A program made the translations under genes and the position numbers. Source: Synechococcus sp. (GTDB lineage Bacteria > Cyanobacteriota > Cyanobacteriia > PCC-6307 > Cyanobiaceae). Taken from it: 64,000 bases of DNA. How positions within the stretch are numbered: position 1 is the first letter of the stretch; every line of letters begins with the position of its first letter. Location of the stretch: contig JBJBDC010000001.1 of NCBI GenBank assembly GCA_047285535.1, positions 1,184,136 to 1,248,135 on the forward strand. The letters are read 5' to 3'. The notes under the pieces were generated by a model. It ran no database searches. It saw nothing but the letters and a program-made list of their open reading frames with translations, and had not been told where the DNA came from. This document shows, one piece after another, positions 1 through 11,270 of this stretch.

Positions 1-1
1 T

Positions 2-487
2 GTCGGAAGTCGATCTCAACCTGTTGTTATCAACGCAACGGCCATTAGGACGCTTGATCTCAAGGTATTGATTCCCTGGATGGGAAGGTCCCTAAAGGAC
101 CTTCTTGGCGATGGTGCAGGGTTAGAGCTCCAATACAACTGGCCGCGAGACACTGATGACCCCAGAGAGCTGAGTGAATGCCCTGAGCCACGCCTCTGGG
201 CCCTAAGAGCAGATGTTGTATATCCATGGCTGCCTTTGGTGCTGGAACGATCTGGAGGCAGCCTGATTCAACACGTGGCGATGCTTGTTCCCCATGACTT
301 CAGCGCAAGCGAAGGCATTCGCTTCGATCCTCAGGCCCTGGAGCTCTGGATCACGCACCGGTTGATGCTCCTCGATCACCTTGGGAAAGACCTTCCTCAG
401 TCTCAGCGTGGAAACCTGCTCCAGATGGCAGCCACGATTGGTTATGAAGTTGATGCAGCGTTTTGGACTCTCCTAGATCAACGCTGA
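2..487 (+). CDS. crr6: CRR6-family NdhI maturation factor (DUF1817), 5' end probably outside window
   Basis: Frame is open from position 2. Motifs DPRELSECPEPRLW, YPWLP, AMLVPH and EGIRFDPQALE match the CRR6 family as recalled. Confidence 0.8.
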   Translation, partial: VGSRSQPVVINATAIRTLDLKVLIPWMGRSLKDLLGDGAGLELQYNWPRDTDDPRELSECPEPRLWALRADVVYPWLPLVLERSGGSLIQHVAMLVPHDFSASEGIRFDPQALELWITHRLMLLDHLGKDLPQSQRGNLLQMAATIGYEVDAAFWTLLDQR

Positions 488-795
488 TGGAGATCAAAGC
501 GTGGATGGTGAGCAGCTTTTTGGTGGCCGCGCCGATTCAGCGCCCGCCAATGATTTGCTGAAAATTTAATAATCTACTTATCATTCAACAAGTGATTCAC
601 ACCAAAGGGGTTCCATAACGAATATCACTTCATGATCAAAGAAATCTTATTGATGGTGGCCTAATTCTTATCAAAGCTGGACGATAGCAGTCGAGAAGTC
701 GACTTATTTGTACCCTAAACCTGTGAGCAGTATTGATACGTCTTAAGGCACCTCAAGCAATTCCACCTCCCTCAACATCCGATGGTCCTCAACAG

Positions 796-1422
796 ATGAC
801 CATTTCGAAAACCATCCAAAACACCGGTACCTTCAGCGGTCTACTTCTGATCTTGTTCCTCCTAGTTCATCTCGGTGGAACGCTTCCCGCACTCTTCGCG
901 ACGGAAACCTTCGAGGCCTACGCCAGCTTTCTGCATCACAGCAGCTGGATTGCCCCTCTTGAGATTGGCCTCTTGATCGTGTGCCTCTCGCATATCAGCT
1001 TCAGCATCAGCAAAACGATCCGCAATCAACAAGCTGGAAACACGGCGGCATTGCAAAGTCGCCGCGAGGATTCATTCGCAGCCCTGGCAAGCAAATCAAA
1101 GGTGATTGCTGGATTCATAACGTTTGGATTTCTCGCACTACATCTCCTACAGCTTCGCTTTCCACGCCCTATGGATGGACATGAACGCGAGGCACTTGTG
1201 AATGCTCTTCAGCACCCAATCACTCTGATTACCTACAGCATTGGGGCCCTCGCCATCGGACTTCATCTGGAGCATGGTTTTGAAGCAGCACATCGGAATC
1301 TCGGCTGGTTAACACCAATCAATCGATCCTTCATCCGTCGGGGTGGGACCGTCCTGGCAGCTACGGTGAGCGGCGGATTCCTTTTGGTGAGTCTTGGCAT
1401 TGCCATCGGAGGTCAACTATGA
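796..1422 (+). CDS. sdhC: Succinate dehydrogenase cytochrome b subunit
   Basis: Multiple hydrophobic helices with heme-ligand His residues (LLVHL, LSHI, ALHL, GLHLEHG). Overlaps sdhA (ATGA). ATG at 796 preferred over TTG at 733. Confidence 0.88.
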   Translation: MTISKTIQNTGTFSGLLLILFLLVHLGGTLPALFATETFEAYASFLHHSSWIAPLEIGLLIVCLSHISFSISKTIRNQQAGNTAALQSRREDSFAALASKSKVIAGFITFGFLALHLLQLRFPRPMDGHEREALVNALQHPITLITYSIGALAIGLHLEHGFEAAHRNLGWLTPINRSFIRRGGTVLAATVSGGFLLVSLGIAIGGQL

Positions 1423-3335
1423 GTGGCCTACCCGATCCACGGTTGCCCCAAGGGCCCATTGCAGACGCATGGCGGCGCACGCGCGAATCCCTCCCTCTAA
1501 TCAGTCCGCTCCGCAAAGGGCAAATTGACATCCTGGTCGTGGGAACTGGTCTCGCCGGAGCATCTGCCGCCGCAACCCTCGCGCAACAGGGCTACAAAGT
1601 TACGGTCCTGAGCTTTCACGACAGTCCTCGCCGAGCCCACTCGGTCGCAGCTCAAGGCGGAATAAACGCCGCACGCCAGGTTGCTGTTGATGGCGACACA
1701 ATCAGTCGCCTGTTCAGCGACACCCTAAAGGGGGGAGACTTCCGAGCCCGCGAAGCAGGCTGCCAGCGGCTCGCAGAGATCAGTAGCGGCATTATTGATC
1801 AATGCGTCGCTCAAGGGGTTCCCTTTGCACGGGAATACGGAGGCAGCCTCGCCACCCGAAGCTTTGGGGGTGCGCTGGTCAGCCGAACCTTTTACGCCCG
1901 CGGGCAGACTGGGCAACAACTTCTTTACGGCGCATATCAGGCATTGATGCGCCAAGTCGAACTCGGGCGAGTGCGTCTACTCACTCGACGTGATGTGCTG
2001 GAACTGATCACTGTTGATGGGTTCGCCCGGGGAGTCGTCGTCAGGCATCTATTGACCGGTGAACTGGAAGTGCACACCGCCCGCACCGTGCTGCTATGCA
2101 GCGGTGGATACAGCAACGTCTACTTCCTGTCGACGAATGCACTCAAATCCAATGCAAGCGCAATCTGGCGTTCCCATCGCAAAGGGGCCCTTTTCGCCAA
2201 CCCGTGCTTCACCCAAATCCATCCCACCTGCATCCCTAGTGGAGACGCCTTCCAGAGCAAATTGACGCTCATGAGCGAAAGTTTGCGCAATGACGGTCGT
2301 GTTTGGTTACCTAAACGACCTGGAGATCAGCGCCCAGCTAATGATGTACCCGAGGAAGACAGGGACTACTTCCTTGAAAGGATGTATCCCACCTACGGCA
2401 ACATGACCCCTCGTGATGTCGCGTCACGTCGAGCAAGAGAACTGTGCAATGAAGGCCGCGGAGTTGGCCCTGGCAGACGCTCTGTTTATCTCGATCTAGG
2501 CGATGCCATCAAAAAGGAAGGTCGAGACACTATCGCTGCCCGATACGGCAATTTGATGACCATGTACGAGCGGATCAGTGGGGAAGATCCTTACAAAATG
2601 CCGATGCGTATTTACCCGGCCCCGCATTACACGATGGGGGGACTCTGGGTGGATTATCAACTGATGAGTTCTATCCCAGGATTGTTTGTACTCGGCGAAG
2701 CCAACTTCTCGGAGCATGGTGCCAACAGGCTGGGTGCAAGCGCTTTGATGCAGGGATTGGCCGATGGATATTTCATCGCACCATCCACAGTGACTGCTTG
2801 GCTAGCAGGGCATCCTGGTGAATCGATCAAACCCGATCATCCCGCTTGCCTCGAAGCACTAGAAAGCACCCATCGTCGTATCAGGGCACTTGTGTACAGC
2901 AAAGGCGACATCCCAGTGAATAGTTTTCACCGCGAATTGGGGACAGTGATGATTGATCGATGCGGTATCAGCAGAGATGCAGACGGATTGAAAGAAGGTC
3001 TTCAACAGGTGTCCGAAATAGAACATCGCTTCCAACATCAGGTGAGAGTGCCTGGAGAAGCCAATGGGCCCAATGCCGAACTTGAAAAAGCCTTGCGCGT
3101 CAGCGATTTCTTCGGGCTCGCGCAATTGATGTTGCGCGATGCATTGGCACGAGAAGAATCATGCGGAGCCCACTTCCGCAAGGAACATCAAAGTCCTGAA
3201 GGTGAAGCCAAGAGAGATGACATTAACTTCTCCCATATCGCAGCCTGGGAATACAACGGCGATGGAGAACCAATCCGCCACGCTGAACCACTTCATTTCA
3301 GCACCCTCCAACCCAGCACCCGCAGCTACAAATGA
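1419..3335 (+). CDS. sdhA: Succinate dehydrogenase/fumarate reductase flavoprotein subunit
   Basis: GTGLAG FAD motif, [13 protein letters not shown] flavinylation motif, [27 protein letters not shown]. Confidence 0.97.
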   Translation: MSGLPDPRLPQGPIADAWRRTRESLPLISPLRKGQIDILVVGTGLAGASAAATLAQQGYKVTVLSFHDSPRRAHSVAAQGGINAARQVAVDGDTISRLFSDTLKGGDFRAREAGCQRLAEISSGIIDQCVAQGVPFAREYGGSLATRSFGGALVSRTFYARGQTGQQLLYGAYQALMRQVELGRVRLLTRRDVLELITVDGFARGVVVRHLLTGELEVHTARTVLLCSGGYSNVYFLSTNALKSNASAIWRSHRKGALFANPCFTQIHPTCIPSGDAFQSKLTLMSESLRNDGRVWLPKRPGDQRPANDVPEEDRDYFLERMYPTYGNMTPRDVASRRARELCNEGRGVGPGRRSVYLDLGDAIKKEGRDTIAARYGNLMTMYERISGEDPYKMPMRIYPAPHYTMGGLWVDYQLMSSIPGLFVLGEANFSEHGANRLGASALMQGLADGYFIAPSTVTAWLAGHPGESIKPDHPACLEALESTHRRIRALVYSKGDIPVNSFHRELGTVMIDRCGISRDADGLKEGLQQVSEIEHRFQHQVRVPGEANGPNAELEKALRVSDFFGLAQLMLRDALAREESCGAHFRKEHQSPEGEAKRDDINFSHIAAWEYNGDGEPIRHAEPLHFSTLQPSTRSYK

Positions 3336-4060
3336 AACTAAAACTGCGCATCTGGCGACAAAAAGCCCCGGCACAAGCGGGCTTCTACGAGAGCCATGAG
3401 CTCAACAACATCTCCCCGAACCTATCGCTTCTCGAGGCTCTTGATCAACTCAACGAACGGTTAATTAGTGCGGGAGAACGACCGGTTAACTTCGAGCACG
3501 ATTGTCGAGAGGGCATCTGTGGAAGTTGTGGTTTTTTAGTGAATGGCCAGGCCCATGGACCACGAGCCGCCACATCGGTTTGTCAGCTTTATTTGCGTGA
3601 GTTCAAAGATAACTCTGTGCTGACGCTTGAGCCGTGGAGAGCCAATGCATTTCCACTTCTGCAAGACTTGATGGTGGATCGATCTGCCCTGGACCGGTTG
3701 ATTGCAGCTGGGGGATACTGCTCCACCGGTACCGGCCAGGCTCCGGATGGCAACGCCATGCCAGTTGGCCGAGACCAAGCAACAAGCGCCTTCGACACCG
3801 CAACATGCATCGGATGCGGTGCATGCATAGCTAGTTGTCGCAACGCATCTGCGAGCCTTTTTGTAGCAGCAAAACTGGCCCATCTCGCCCAGTTACCCCA
3901 AGGCCAACCAGAACGTGCGAAGCGAGCGGCAGAGATGCAAAAGCGGATGGATCAAGAAGGATTCGGAAGCTGCAGTAGCAATCTGGAATGCGAAGCAGTC
4001 TGTCCTCAGGAAATCTCAGCAGACTGGATCAGCTGGATGCATAGGGAAAAGAGAGCGTAA
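3332..4060 (+). CDS. sdhB: Succinate dehydrogenase iron-sulfur subunit
   Basis: CREGICGSC (2Fe-2S), [11 protein letters not shown] (4Fe-4S), [12 protein letters not shown] (3Fe-4S). Confidence 0.96.
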   Translation: MKLKLRIWRQKAPAQAGFYESHELNNISPNLSLLEALDQLNERLISAGERPVNFEHDCREGICGSCGFLVNGQAHGPRAATSVCQLYLREFKDNSVLTLEPWRANAFPLLQDLMVDRSALDRLIAAGGYCSTGTGQAPDGNAMPVGRDQATSAFDTATCIGCGACIASCRNASASLFVAAKLAHLAQLPQGQPERAKRAAEMQKRMDQEGFGSCSSNLECEAVCPQEISADWISWMHREKRA

Positions 4061-4691
4061 ATCAAAACAAGCACACAATCCAAAACAAGACAGAGAACCA
4101 AAATGGTTCAAAAACTTCCTCACGAATCAATATCAATGACGCGGCTTACCTAAAACCAAACATCGACACGACGAGCCTAGCTCGAGATATCCTCAACAAT
4201 TACAAACCAAAAACCTTCAAGACACTCAAAAGCCCCTCATTCAATCTATAAAAAGAATTGCACTCAAATGGACCAGCATCTACCATCAAGAGAAGAAAGA
4301 GAAATCAATACTTCAAGTCAATTTCATCCAAGTGCGAACCCGGAAAATCATCAATACCTGGCCTCGAACAACCAAAGAATCACGCCCCTCTTCTGACAAG
4401 AAATAGTCCACCACAGGCAAACCCTACCGACTAACTCAAAAACTTTAGACCTAACACTTTCAAGACTTATGCGACTCAAACAAGGGGTTATTGCGCCAGC
4501 AATCCTTACACCTCAAGCGCATAACGGGCCTAAATCACCTTACAAAAGGAAACACAAACTCCATAACAAAGAGTTAATGTTCAACAGATTCAGGCAATCT
4601 GCAGGCCGGAAAAATTCAAAAAAACAACAGTCAATGCATAAATAGATTTCAACAATGACGTAAAACGCACTTATTAGACAGTAGGCATGAA

Positions 4692-5459
4692 TCAAGTCAA
4701 ACTTGCAGATAAAATTGCCCTTCGAGCTGTGTCCAAAGCCAGCAGAATGGCTAACCCGCGCAGCATCCAGGCAAGCCGATCAGTCCTCACCTTGTCCAAA
4801 CGCGATGCGGTCCACTGAGCAGCCACTGCAGCAACTCCACCCAAGATGAAGCCCATGGCGGGTAGCCCCCTGCCTTCATACAGGAATTGAAGTGAAGCAG
4901 CCGAGGCGGAACAAGCCACAGCAACCGTGCTGAATCTGATCGCCAATCGAATCGGGACTGCCAACCCACGGACCATCAGCGGAACCATGACGAGTCCGCC
5001 GCCCAAGCCAAGCATTCCTCCTGCAAATCCTGCCAAACCACCGACGGCGGTAAGACCTGGAACAGAAAACAATTGGTTCTCATCAGAAAGAGAATCATTT
5101 GGATGAGACTGAATCGTGAGGGCCAACAACAGATACAGAGACGATTGAAGGGCTAAAAGGTGCCATCCAGCAGCCAACCGACCTAAGCGACTAAAGATCA
5201 ACGCCGTCGCAAAAGCTGCGATACCAATGGCTAATCCGGCTTTAATAGGCACGGCCCTAGCTCGCAGATGAGTGGCCATGCCGCTGATCGCCGTCGGCAC
5301 AATGGCAAAGGTGCTTGTTGCCAGAGCCTGATGGGGGGTTAATCCCATTAACAGCAACAGAGGAGCGAAAATCAAACCACCTCCTATCCCCAATAGACCT
5401 GCCAAACCGCCTGCAAGGAGGCCAAGGGGAACCACCAGCAGCCAATCAAAAATCTCCAT
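4692..5459 (-). CDS. Sulfite exporter TauE/SafE family membrane protein
   Basis: Duplicated GLLGIGGG / GMLGLGGG motifs followed by P, very hydrophobic. Start at ATG 5459 or 5468. Confidence 0.88.
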   Translation of the reverse strand: MEIFDWLLVVPLGLLAGGLAGLLGIGGGLIFAPLLLLMGLTPHQALATSTFAIVPTAISGMATHLRARAVPIKAGLAIGIAAFATALIFSRLGRLAAGWHLLALQSSLYLLLALTIQSHPNDSLSDENQLFSVPGLTAVGGLAGFAGGMLGLGGGLVMVPLMVRGLAVPIRLAIRFSTVAVACSASAASLQFLYEGRGLPAMGFILGGVAAVAAQWTASRLDKVRTDRLAWMLRGLAILLALDTARRAILSASLT

Positions 5460-5466
5460 TCCGGCC

Positions 5467-6303
5467 ATGTTGATACCTGCATCCTGCCGGCCTGAGTTCG
5501 CAACTCATGGACGGTTGATTCCAACTCTCAAGGGTGAAGGTCCAGAACATATGGCATTTGACTCCCTGTTGTTGGAGCGTTGCCAGAGGGCAGAAAAACC
5601 ATTGCCAGTACTCCGCTTTTACCGCTGGGAAAAGCCCTACTTATCACTTGGACGCCATCAAAGACAACTTTCAGATCACTGGCACGACCTTGTTGAAAGC
5701 GGACGCATGAAGTTGGTCAGACGACCCAGTGGTGGAGGCGCTGTTCTTCATGGAGGAGGCCTGACTTATTCCTTGATCTGGCCTCATCCACCACGGCAAC
5801 GCCGCGAAGCTTATCGACGCGTCAACGCTTGGATCTATTCAAGCTTTAAGCGACTCGGCCTCGATCTACATCCAGGCAATGATCCAGCCCTCGCAGGCTG
5901 CCCAAATTGCTTTTCCAGCGCCACTTCGGCAGATTTAGTGGATTCCTCTGGTCACAAGCGCATCGGCAGTGCCCAGTTCTGGCAAAGGGGAAGTCTCCTG
6001 CAACACGGTGAAATCCCTTTGGTTCCTCCAATCAAACTTTGGGAAGACGTATTTGGATCAACTCCACCTTGCTGGAAACCATTCCCGCCATCAGAGGCAA
6101 GCGTTGAAACGGCTTTAACATCATCCATTGATGAACTTTGGCCTGGAATCCTCTGGAGCGTGCAACCAATTAGCAGAAGTGAACAGCAACTTGTCAAAGA
6201 AAGGGCTGGTAGTTTTCGAGTTCACGATTCAGAGGCCTCATCCAATAATCCAGCTGCACGCATTGACGTGACTGCTTGTAGAAGTGGTAAGCCAAAGGGA
6301 TAA
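5467..6303 (+). CDS. lplA: Lipoate-protein ligase A family protein
   Basis: LRFYRW, SLGRHQ, VRRPSGGGAVLH, KRIGSAQ, LQHGEI motifs. Confidence 0.9.
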   Translation: MLIPASCRPEFATHGRLIPTLKGEGPEHMAFDSLLLERCQRAEKPLPVLRFYRWEKPYLSLGRHQRQLSDHWHDLVESGRMKLVRRPSGGGAVLHGGGLTYSLIWPHPPRQRREAYRRVNAWIYSSFKRLGLDLHPGNDPALAGCPNCFSSATSADLVDSSGHKRIGSAQFWQRGSLLQHGEIPLVPPIKLWEDVFGSTPPCWKPFPPSEASVETALTSSIDELWPGILWSVQPISRSEQQLVKERAGSFRVHDSEASSNNPAARIDVTACRSGKPKG

Positions 6304-7478
6304 TCATTGCGGCGCCTAGAGGCTTCGAGCAATTGTGCCGGCAAAGTTAATGACAGCCCTTTCAATACAGCTTCGCCAACATCACTGCGATCCAATGTTC
6401 CAGACGGAAGACCCGCTGCGCCAGTGACAAGCAGTCGGCCCTGATCACTCTGTTCAAGGGCAAGAACGGCTTTCCAAAGCGGTGCTGAATCTTCAAGAGA
6501 AGGAAGTTCAGCCAGTGGGCGCATATGCTCTCCAACAGTCTGACGATCCCAGTGTTGGACTGATAATTCCTTAAGTGGCTGATCAGTCACATATCCAATC
6601 CAGCGACCTGATCGACAAACAAGCACCCAATCAGGCAGGAGATCATCATCAGACTCGGCACCTCTCAAGCGCAATTGGCTAAGGCGGCGCAAGGACTGAT
6701 CAGCTTCCATCACCCGAAAACGCTTAGATGAACAGGGTCCCACCTGCAAGCTCATCAACAACTGCTGTAAAGCCAAGGTCTGGGACTGAGAGCGCGATGC
6801 TCCCATTCCAAACCAACCCAAAAGCACAAGCCAAAGACCGGTGATTCCTCCTCCACGCAGAAACAACCAGACCCCAAGCATGATCGCGGTCAGTGAAAGA
6901 AAACGCCCTGTGGCCGTTGCAACCTGAGTTCCTCTGCGTTGACTACCCGTGAACTGCCAGACAAGGGATTTAAGGATCAAACCTCCATCCAGAGGCAATC
7001 CTGGTAGAAGGTTGAACACAGCAAGAACTAAATTGAGAATCCCCAGCTGGCCGACAAGATTGCCCAATAAGGGATTGGCATGATCCGCAGCATGCTGACT
7101 TGCCAGAAGCAAACCAGCCAGAGCAAAACTGACAACTGGACCTGCCGCGGCCACCCTGAACGAACCCATCGCAGTGGAACATTCCCGCTCCACACGAGCG
7201 ACACCTCCGAGGAGGAAGAGGGTGATGCTGTTGACTTTGACGCCTTCCCTTAGCGCCACCAGTGAATGGCCCAGTTCATGAAGCAGCACTGAAACAAACA
7301 GCAAGAGAGCTGTGGCCAAACCCAACAGCCAACTCAGGAATGGCGATCCAGATGCATCCGGAAGACGTGCTGCTTGTTGCTGAAACGCAAGTGTAAACAA
7401 CACCAAAATGATGAACCAACTCGGGTGCACCCGAAGCGGAATGCCTCGAATCCTCATCAACTGCCAGCCATCACCCAT
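6222..7478 (-). CDS. Site-2 protease (peptidase M50) with C-terminal CBS-like region
   Basis: HELGH zinc motif, NLLPGLPLDGG motif, AAGP. Confidence 0.93.
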   Translation of the reverse strand: MGDGWQLMRIRGIPLRVHPSWFIILVLFTLAFQQQAARLPDASGSPFLSWLLGLATALLLFVSVLLHELGHSLVALREGVKVNSITLFLLGGVARVERECSTAMGSFRVAAAGPVVSFALAGLLLASQHAADHANPLLGNLVGQLGILNLVLAVFNLLPGLPLDGGLILKSLVWQFTGSQRRGTQVATATGRFLSLTAIMLGVWLFLRGGGITGLWLVLLGWFGMGASRSQSQTLALQQLLMSLQVGPCSSKRFRVMEADQSLRRLSQLRLRGAESDDDLLPDWVLVCRSGRWIGYVTDQPLKELSVQHWDRQTVGEHMRPLAELPSLEDSAPLWKAVLALEQSDQGRLLVTGAAGLPSGTLDRSDVGEAVLKGLSLTLPAQLLEASRRRNDYPFGLPLLQAVTSMRAAGLLDEASES

Positions 7479-7556
7479 GGGCACCTCCGTAGGGCACTGC
7501 CTCGGCCCGATCGTTCAATCCTAGAAAGGAATCACCCCCTCAAGCACCCCGCGCCC

Positions 7557-8240
7557 ATGTCAGACGCTTCCATTGCTCTGAAGATCTGTGGTCTTACTGA
7601 CGTTTCACAAACGTGTTCCATCGCAGAGATGGGAGTGCAGGCAATCGGAGTGATCGGAGTAGAAACAACGCCTCGATACGTAGAGGATCACCTTCGCCGC
7701 AGCATCTTCGCCGCATTGGAAAGGATGCATCCAGAAATCGAGCGCGTCTGGGTCGTCGCGGATCCTTCGGACAGAACACTGCAAAGCGGCCTTGAAGGCA
7801 AAGGAACGCCAACCGTGGTTCAACTCCATGGATCAGAAACGCCAGAGCGCTGCTTTCAATTAAAAGATCAGTATCCAAAGGTGAGCTGGTGGAAAGCCCT
7901 CAGGCTTCGTGATGAGCAGGATCTCAGAGCATTACAACCATTTGAAGCTCAAGTGGATGCCCTACTACTCGATGCCTGGAGCCCCGAACAACTCGGTGGT
8001 ACGGGGCATCGCATTGACCCGCGCTGGTTACTCAAAGTCCAAGATCAACTCGCGCCAAACAGTGCCTGGTGGTTGGCTGGAGGGATCAGCGCCGAATGGG
8101 TTCCTGACCTTCTGAGCCAGATCACGCCATACGGCCTGGATGCATCAAGCCGACTCGAAGTGAAGCCAGGCGTTAAAGATCTCAACCAAGTAAGAGCACT
8201 GGTTCAAGCCGTTCATGACAACCGACCACATCGGCAATAA
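7557..8240 (+). CDS. trpF: Phosphoribosylanthranilate isomerase
   Basis: LKICGLT, VQLHGSE, GGTG, LAGGI, GLDASSRLE...KD. ATG at 7557. Confidence 0.95.
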   Translation: MSDASIALKICGLTDVSQTCSIAEMGVQAIGVIGVETTPRYVEDHLRRSIFAALERMHPEIERVWVVADPSDRTLQSGLEGKGTPTVVQLHGSETPERCFQLKDQYPKVSWWKALRLRDEQDLRALQPFEAQVDALLLDAWSPEQLGGTGHRIDPRWLLKVQDQLAPNSAWWLAGGISAEWVPDLLSQITPYGLDASSRLEVKPGVKDLNQVRALVQAVHDNRPHRQ

Positions 8241-8763
8241 GTTGCCACCATCGAGACCAATTTCCATGTCCTACCAGGCTGCAACCTCTGCACTCTTTTT
8301 TACATGGATCAGTCTTTCGCCGGTATCCATCCACGCGCAAGGGATGCTCCCCGGATGTCGGCTCGAAAACGGAAGCTTGCAGTGCGTGCCTGGCTTAACG
8401 GCAGATCCTGAAACACAAATCAAAGTGCTCGACCAAGAAATCTCGAGCGATGTACAAGCCGAAGGCCACATCCAACAAACAATTCAAGGCCTGAAGAAAT
8501 TTATTCTCGTTGGAGAAGCACGTGAAGGGCGTTTGCTCAAAGCCGAATTTGATCTTCAGGGAACTGACATCAGCACTGTCGACATTCACTGGTACCAACG
8601 CCAGGGCAATGGGCCCTGGAAACTGAGGTCGAGCCCAAGCGAAGAGTCCTACCGCATTAGCGAAATCGATCGCGATGGAAAAATCATGGCCGTGATGGTT
8701 GTGAAAACAAGCGACGGCCAAGTCAACCGCGTCATGAGTAATACTATCGGACCAATTAAATAA
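8215..8763 (+). CDS. Hypothetical exported protein
   Basis: 182-aa ORF with a signal-peptide-like segment ending IHA-Q and a Cys pair (GCRLENGSLQCVPG). Start uncertain. Confidence 0.65.
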   Translation: MTTDHIGNKLPPSRPISMSYQAATSALFFTWISLSPVSIHAQGMLPGCRLENGSLQCVPGLTADPETQIKVLDQEISSDVQAEGHIQQTIQGLKKFILVGEAREGRLLKAEFDLQGTDISTVDIHWYQRQGNGPWKLRSSPSEESYRISEIDRDGKIMAVMVVKTSDGQVNRVMSNTIGPIK

Positions 8764-8792
8764 TTTTCCTCTGATTGGCTTGGCTCAAAAAA

Positions 8793-9536
8793 TCAAGTGC
8801 TAAGCATTGCCTCCTGCTGTCTAACAAGTTCAAAAAATTCCTGCTTCAAGCTTGGATCATGCCGAAAATCGCCGCGGACCACTGAATTAACCATGCTGGT
8901 TTGAGGCTCACGAACGCCTCTCCATTTCATGCAATAATGCTGGGCTTTAATAATAATACCGAGACCATGAGGAGAACATAAACGCTCGATCTCATCAGCC
9001 AAAATCATGACGGCTTCTTCTTGAATATGTGGCCTTGAAAATACCCAGTCAGCTACTCGAGTAAATTTAGAGATTCCTATCACCCTAACACCAGGTTTAA
9101 TGCCAATCCAACAGTTACCCATAATTGGAACTAAGTGATGAGAACATGCAGAACGGACTGTGATTGGACCAACAGTATAAATCTCATCAAGCTGTTTTAC
9201 ATTCGGAAAACTTGCCACCTTTGGCTGTTGATTGTAGCGACCCTTGAAGACTTCACGGAGATACATTCGAGCAACTCGCTCTGCAGTCTCAGTAGTGTTG
9301 TGATCATTTTCGATGTCAATCACCAAGCTACGAAGAAGATCTCTGACACGATCAGCAACCTCCTTCTCTAGTTCATCCAACTCTCCAGTCTGGATAAAAT
9401 CAGCAATATTGTCATTGGCAAGGAATGAGATGTCTTGATCAATAAGACGTTGGCGAATTCTTTGAGAGACAGAATTGACACTGGTATTAATAGGTGTCAA
9501 AGCACCGTTGGAGAGAGTAGGGATAGTAGAAGTCAT
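8793..9536 (-). CDS. folE: GTP cyclohydrolase I
   Basis: TAERVARMY, SACSHHLVP, IGISKF, RPHIQE, HYCMKWRGV. Confidence 0.96.
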   Translation of the reverse strand: MTSTIPTLSNGALTPINTSVNSVSQRIRQRLIDQDISFLANDNIADFIQTGELDELEKEVADRVRDLLRSLVIDIENDHNTTETAERVARMYLREVFKGRYNQQPKVASFPNVKQLDEIYTVGPITVRSACSHHLVPIMGNCWIGIKPGVRVIGISKFTRVADWVFSRPHIQEEAVMILADEIERLCSPHGLGIIIKAQHYCMKWRGVREPQTSMVNSVVRGDFRHDPSLKQEFFELVRQQEAMLST

Positions 9537-9548
9537 GTCAGGGGTGAT

Positions 9549-10256
9549 TTAAAAGGCACCAGTGGCTGGCATCAAAGTGAGATCTTCAACAACTTGTGTT
9601 GCGGGCTGTTCTGCTAGGTGAAGAAGAGTAACAGCAGCTTGGTCAGCGGGAATCATGGCAGCGCGGTCAAAAGAAGATTGGACCGTGGGAGAGTCCCAAA
9701 GTGAGGTATCCACCGCTCCGAGCGTGAGCGTGCAAGCACGAATTCCATTGCATCGCTCCTCCTCAGCGAGGCAGCGCGTAAAACTGGCTAACGCTGCTTT
9801 AACACTGCAGTAAGCACCCCAATTTGGAAAGGCATTACGGGCTGCGTGGCTATTGACATTAATCACGAGCCCACCAGCAGACCTCATTGAAGGAACAACT
9901 GCAGAACACATTTGAAAGACACTGGTTAAGTTGAGCTGCAGCAACCAATCCCAACTCTCCAAGGGCATCTCGAGCAATTTTCCAGTCCAAGCCGCCCCCG
10001 CGTTGTTGATCAAAACAGAAGGAGTTAAACCTTGACCGAGCAATGTAGCCACGCCTTGAGGGATCTCTTCAGGCTTGGAAAGATCAATGGCTTGATAAAC
10101 GATTCGCTGGCCTGAGATAGCCAACGTATCGGTAAGAGTTTGGAGAGATGTTGCATTACGGGACACGAGCAGGAGGTCCCAACCGGATTGAGCAAAAGCG
10201 AGAGCGGCACTGCGGCCAATGCCACGCGTTGCTCCGGTAATGAGTACGGAGGACAA
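9549..10256 (-). CDS. Short-chain dehydrogenase/reductase (SDR)
   Basis: TGATRGIG, NNAG and YCSVK catalytic YxxxK. Usual position in the accA-SDR-folE cluster. Confidence 0.93.
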   Translation of the reverse strand: MSSVLITGATRGIGRSAALAFAQSGWDLLLVSRNATSLQTLTDTLAISGQRIVYQAIDLSKPEEIPQGVATLLGQGLTPSVLINNAGAAWTGKLLEMPLESWDWLLQLNLTSVFQMCSAVVPSMRSAGGLVINVNSHAARNAFPNWGAYCSVKAALASFTRCLAEEERCNGIRACTLTLGAVDTSLWDSPTVQSSFDRAAMIPADQAAVTLLHLAEQPATQVVEDLTLMPATGAF

Positions 10257-10280
10257 TGAACCTCAGCGGTCGAAGCAATC

Positions 10281-11270
10281 CTAAGAACTTGAATCAGCTT
10301 CTGGCGAGCTGGAATCGATAAACCGCCCCATTGCCCGGAACTTCTGGTAACGCTGATCGCGTAGTTCCTGCGGTGAAAGAACGACCAACTCAGCAAGATG
10401 GCGTTCGAGGGCTTCGCGCAAGGTTTCTCCTGCTTCCAAAGGGGCCCAATTATTGCCCCCGGACGGCTCCGGAAGAACCTCATCAACAACACCGAGGCTG
10501 AGCAGATCCTGTCCGGTAATCCGCAATGCCGCAGCCGCTTCAGGAGCCTTGGCCGCATCACGCCAAAGGATCGATGCGCAGGCTTCAGGACTCGCCACCG
10601 TGTAAACGCTGTGCTCAAACATCAGCAACCGGTCGGCCACACCGATACCAAGAGCTCCACCTGAGCCACCTTCACCAATCACCGTGGCAATAATCGGCAC
10701 ACTCAGTCGGAACATCTCCCTCAGATTCACGGCAATCGCCTCACCTTGACCCTGCTCTTCAGCCAACAGTCCTGCATAGGCTCCTGGGGTGTCAATAAAG
10801 GCAAGCACTGGAAGCCCAAAACGATCGGCATGCTCCATGAGTCGAAGTGCTTTGCGATATCCGCCAGGGGTAGCCATCCCAAAGTTGCGAGCCACGTTTT
10901 CCTTTGTGTCGCGCCCTTTTTGGTGACCTAAAAGCAGTACCGAGCAATCTCCTAAGCGACCAATACCCCCTACCAAAGCCTGATCATCGCTACCACGCCG
11001 ATCACCATGGAGCTCAACCCAATCGTCACAAAACATCTGGATGAAATCCAAAGTGCTTGGTCGATGAGGATGACGGGCAACCTGAATTTTTTGCGCCGGA
11101 GTCAGATTCTGAAAAATCTCCTCTCGTCTACGGGCAGCAAGAGTTTCAAGCTGAAGGAGTTGCTGGCTAACGTCGACCTCAGAGTCTCTCGCGAGCTGAC
11201 GAATCTGCTCAATCTGCTGCTCAAGCTCTACCAGAGGCTTTTCAAAATCAAGTAAAGGGCGGCGTGGCAT
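10281..11270 (-). CDS. accA: Acetyl-CoA carboxylase carboxyltransferase alpha subunit
   Basis: [39 protein letters not shown]. Confidence 0.98.
   Translation of the reverse strand: MPRRPLLDFEKPLVELEQQIEQIRQLARDSEVDVSQQLLQLETLAARRREEIFQNLTPAQKIQVARHPHRPSTLDFIQMFCDDWVELHGDRRGSDDQALVGGIGRLGDCSVLLLGHQKGRDTKENVARNFGMATPGGYRKALRLMEHADRFGLPVLAFIDTPGAYAGLLAEEQGQGEAIAVNLREMFRLSVPIIATVIGEGGSGGALGIGVADRLLMFEHSVYTVASPEACASILWRDAAKAPEAAAALRITGQDLLSLGVVDEVLPEPSGGNNWAPLEAGETLREALERHLAELVVLSPQELRDQRYQKFRAMGRFIDSSSPEADSSS

Noticed and set aside
4692..5468. TauE/SafE sulfite exporter as part of the sulfotransferase-using Ols system
   Set aside because: It lies ~6 kb outside the cassette among core genes with host-like composition. 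Nothing links them.
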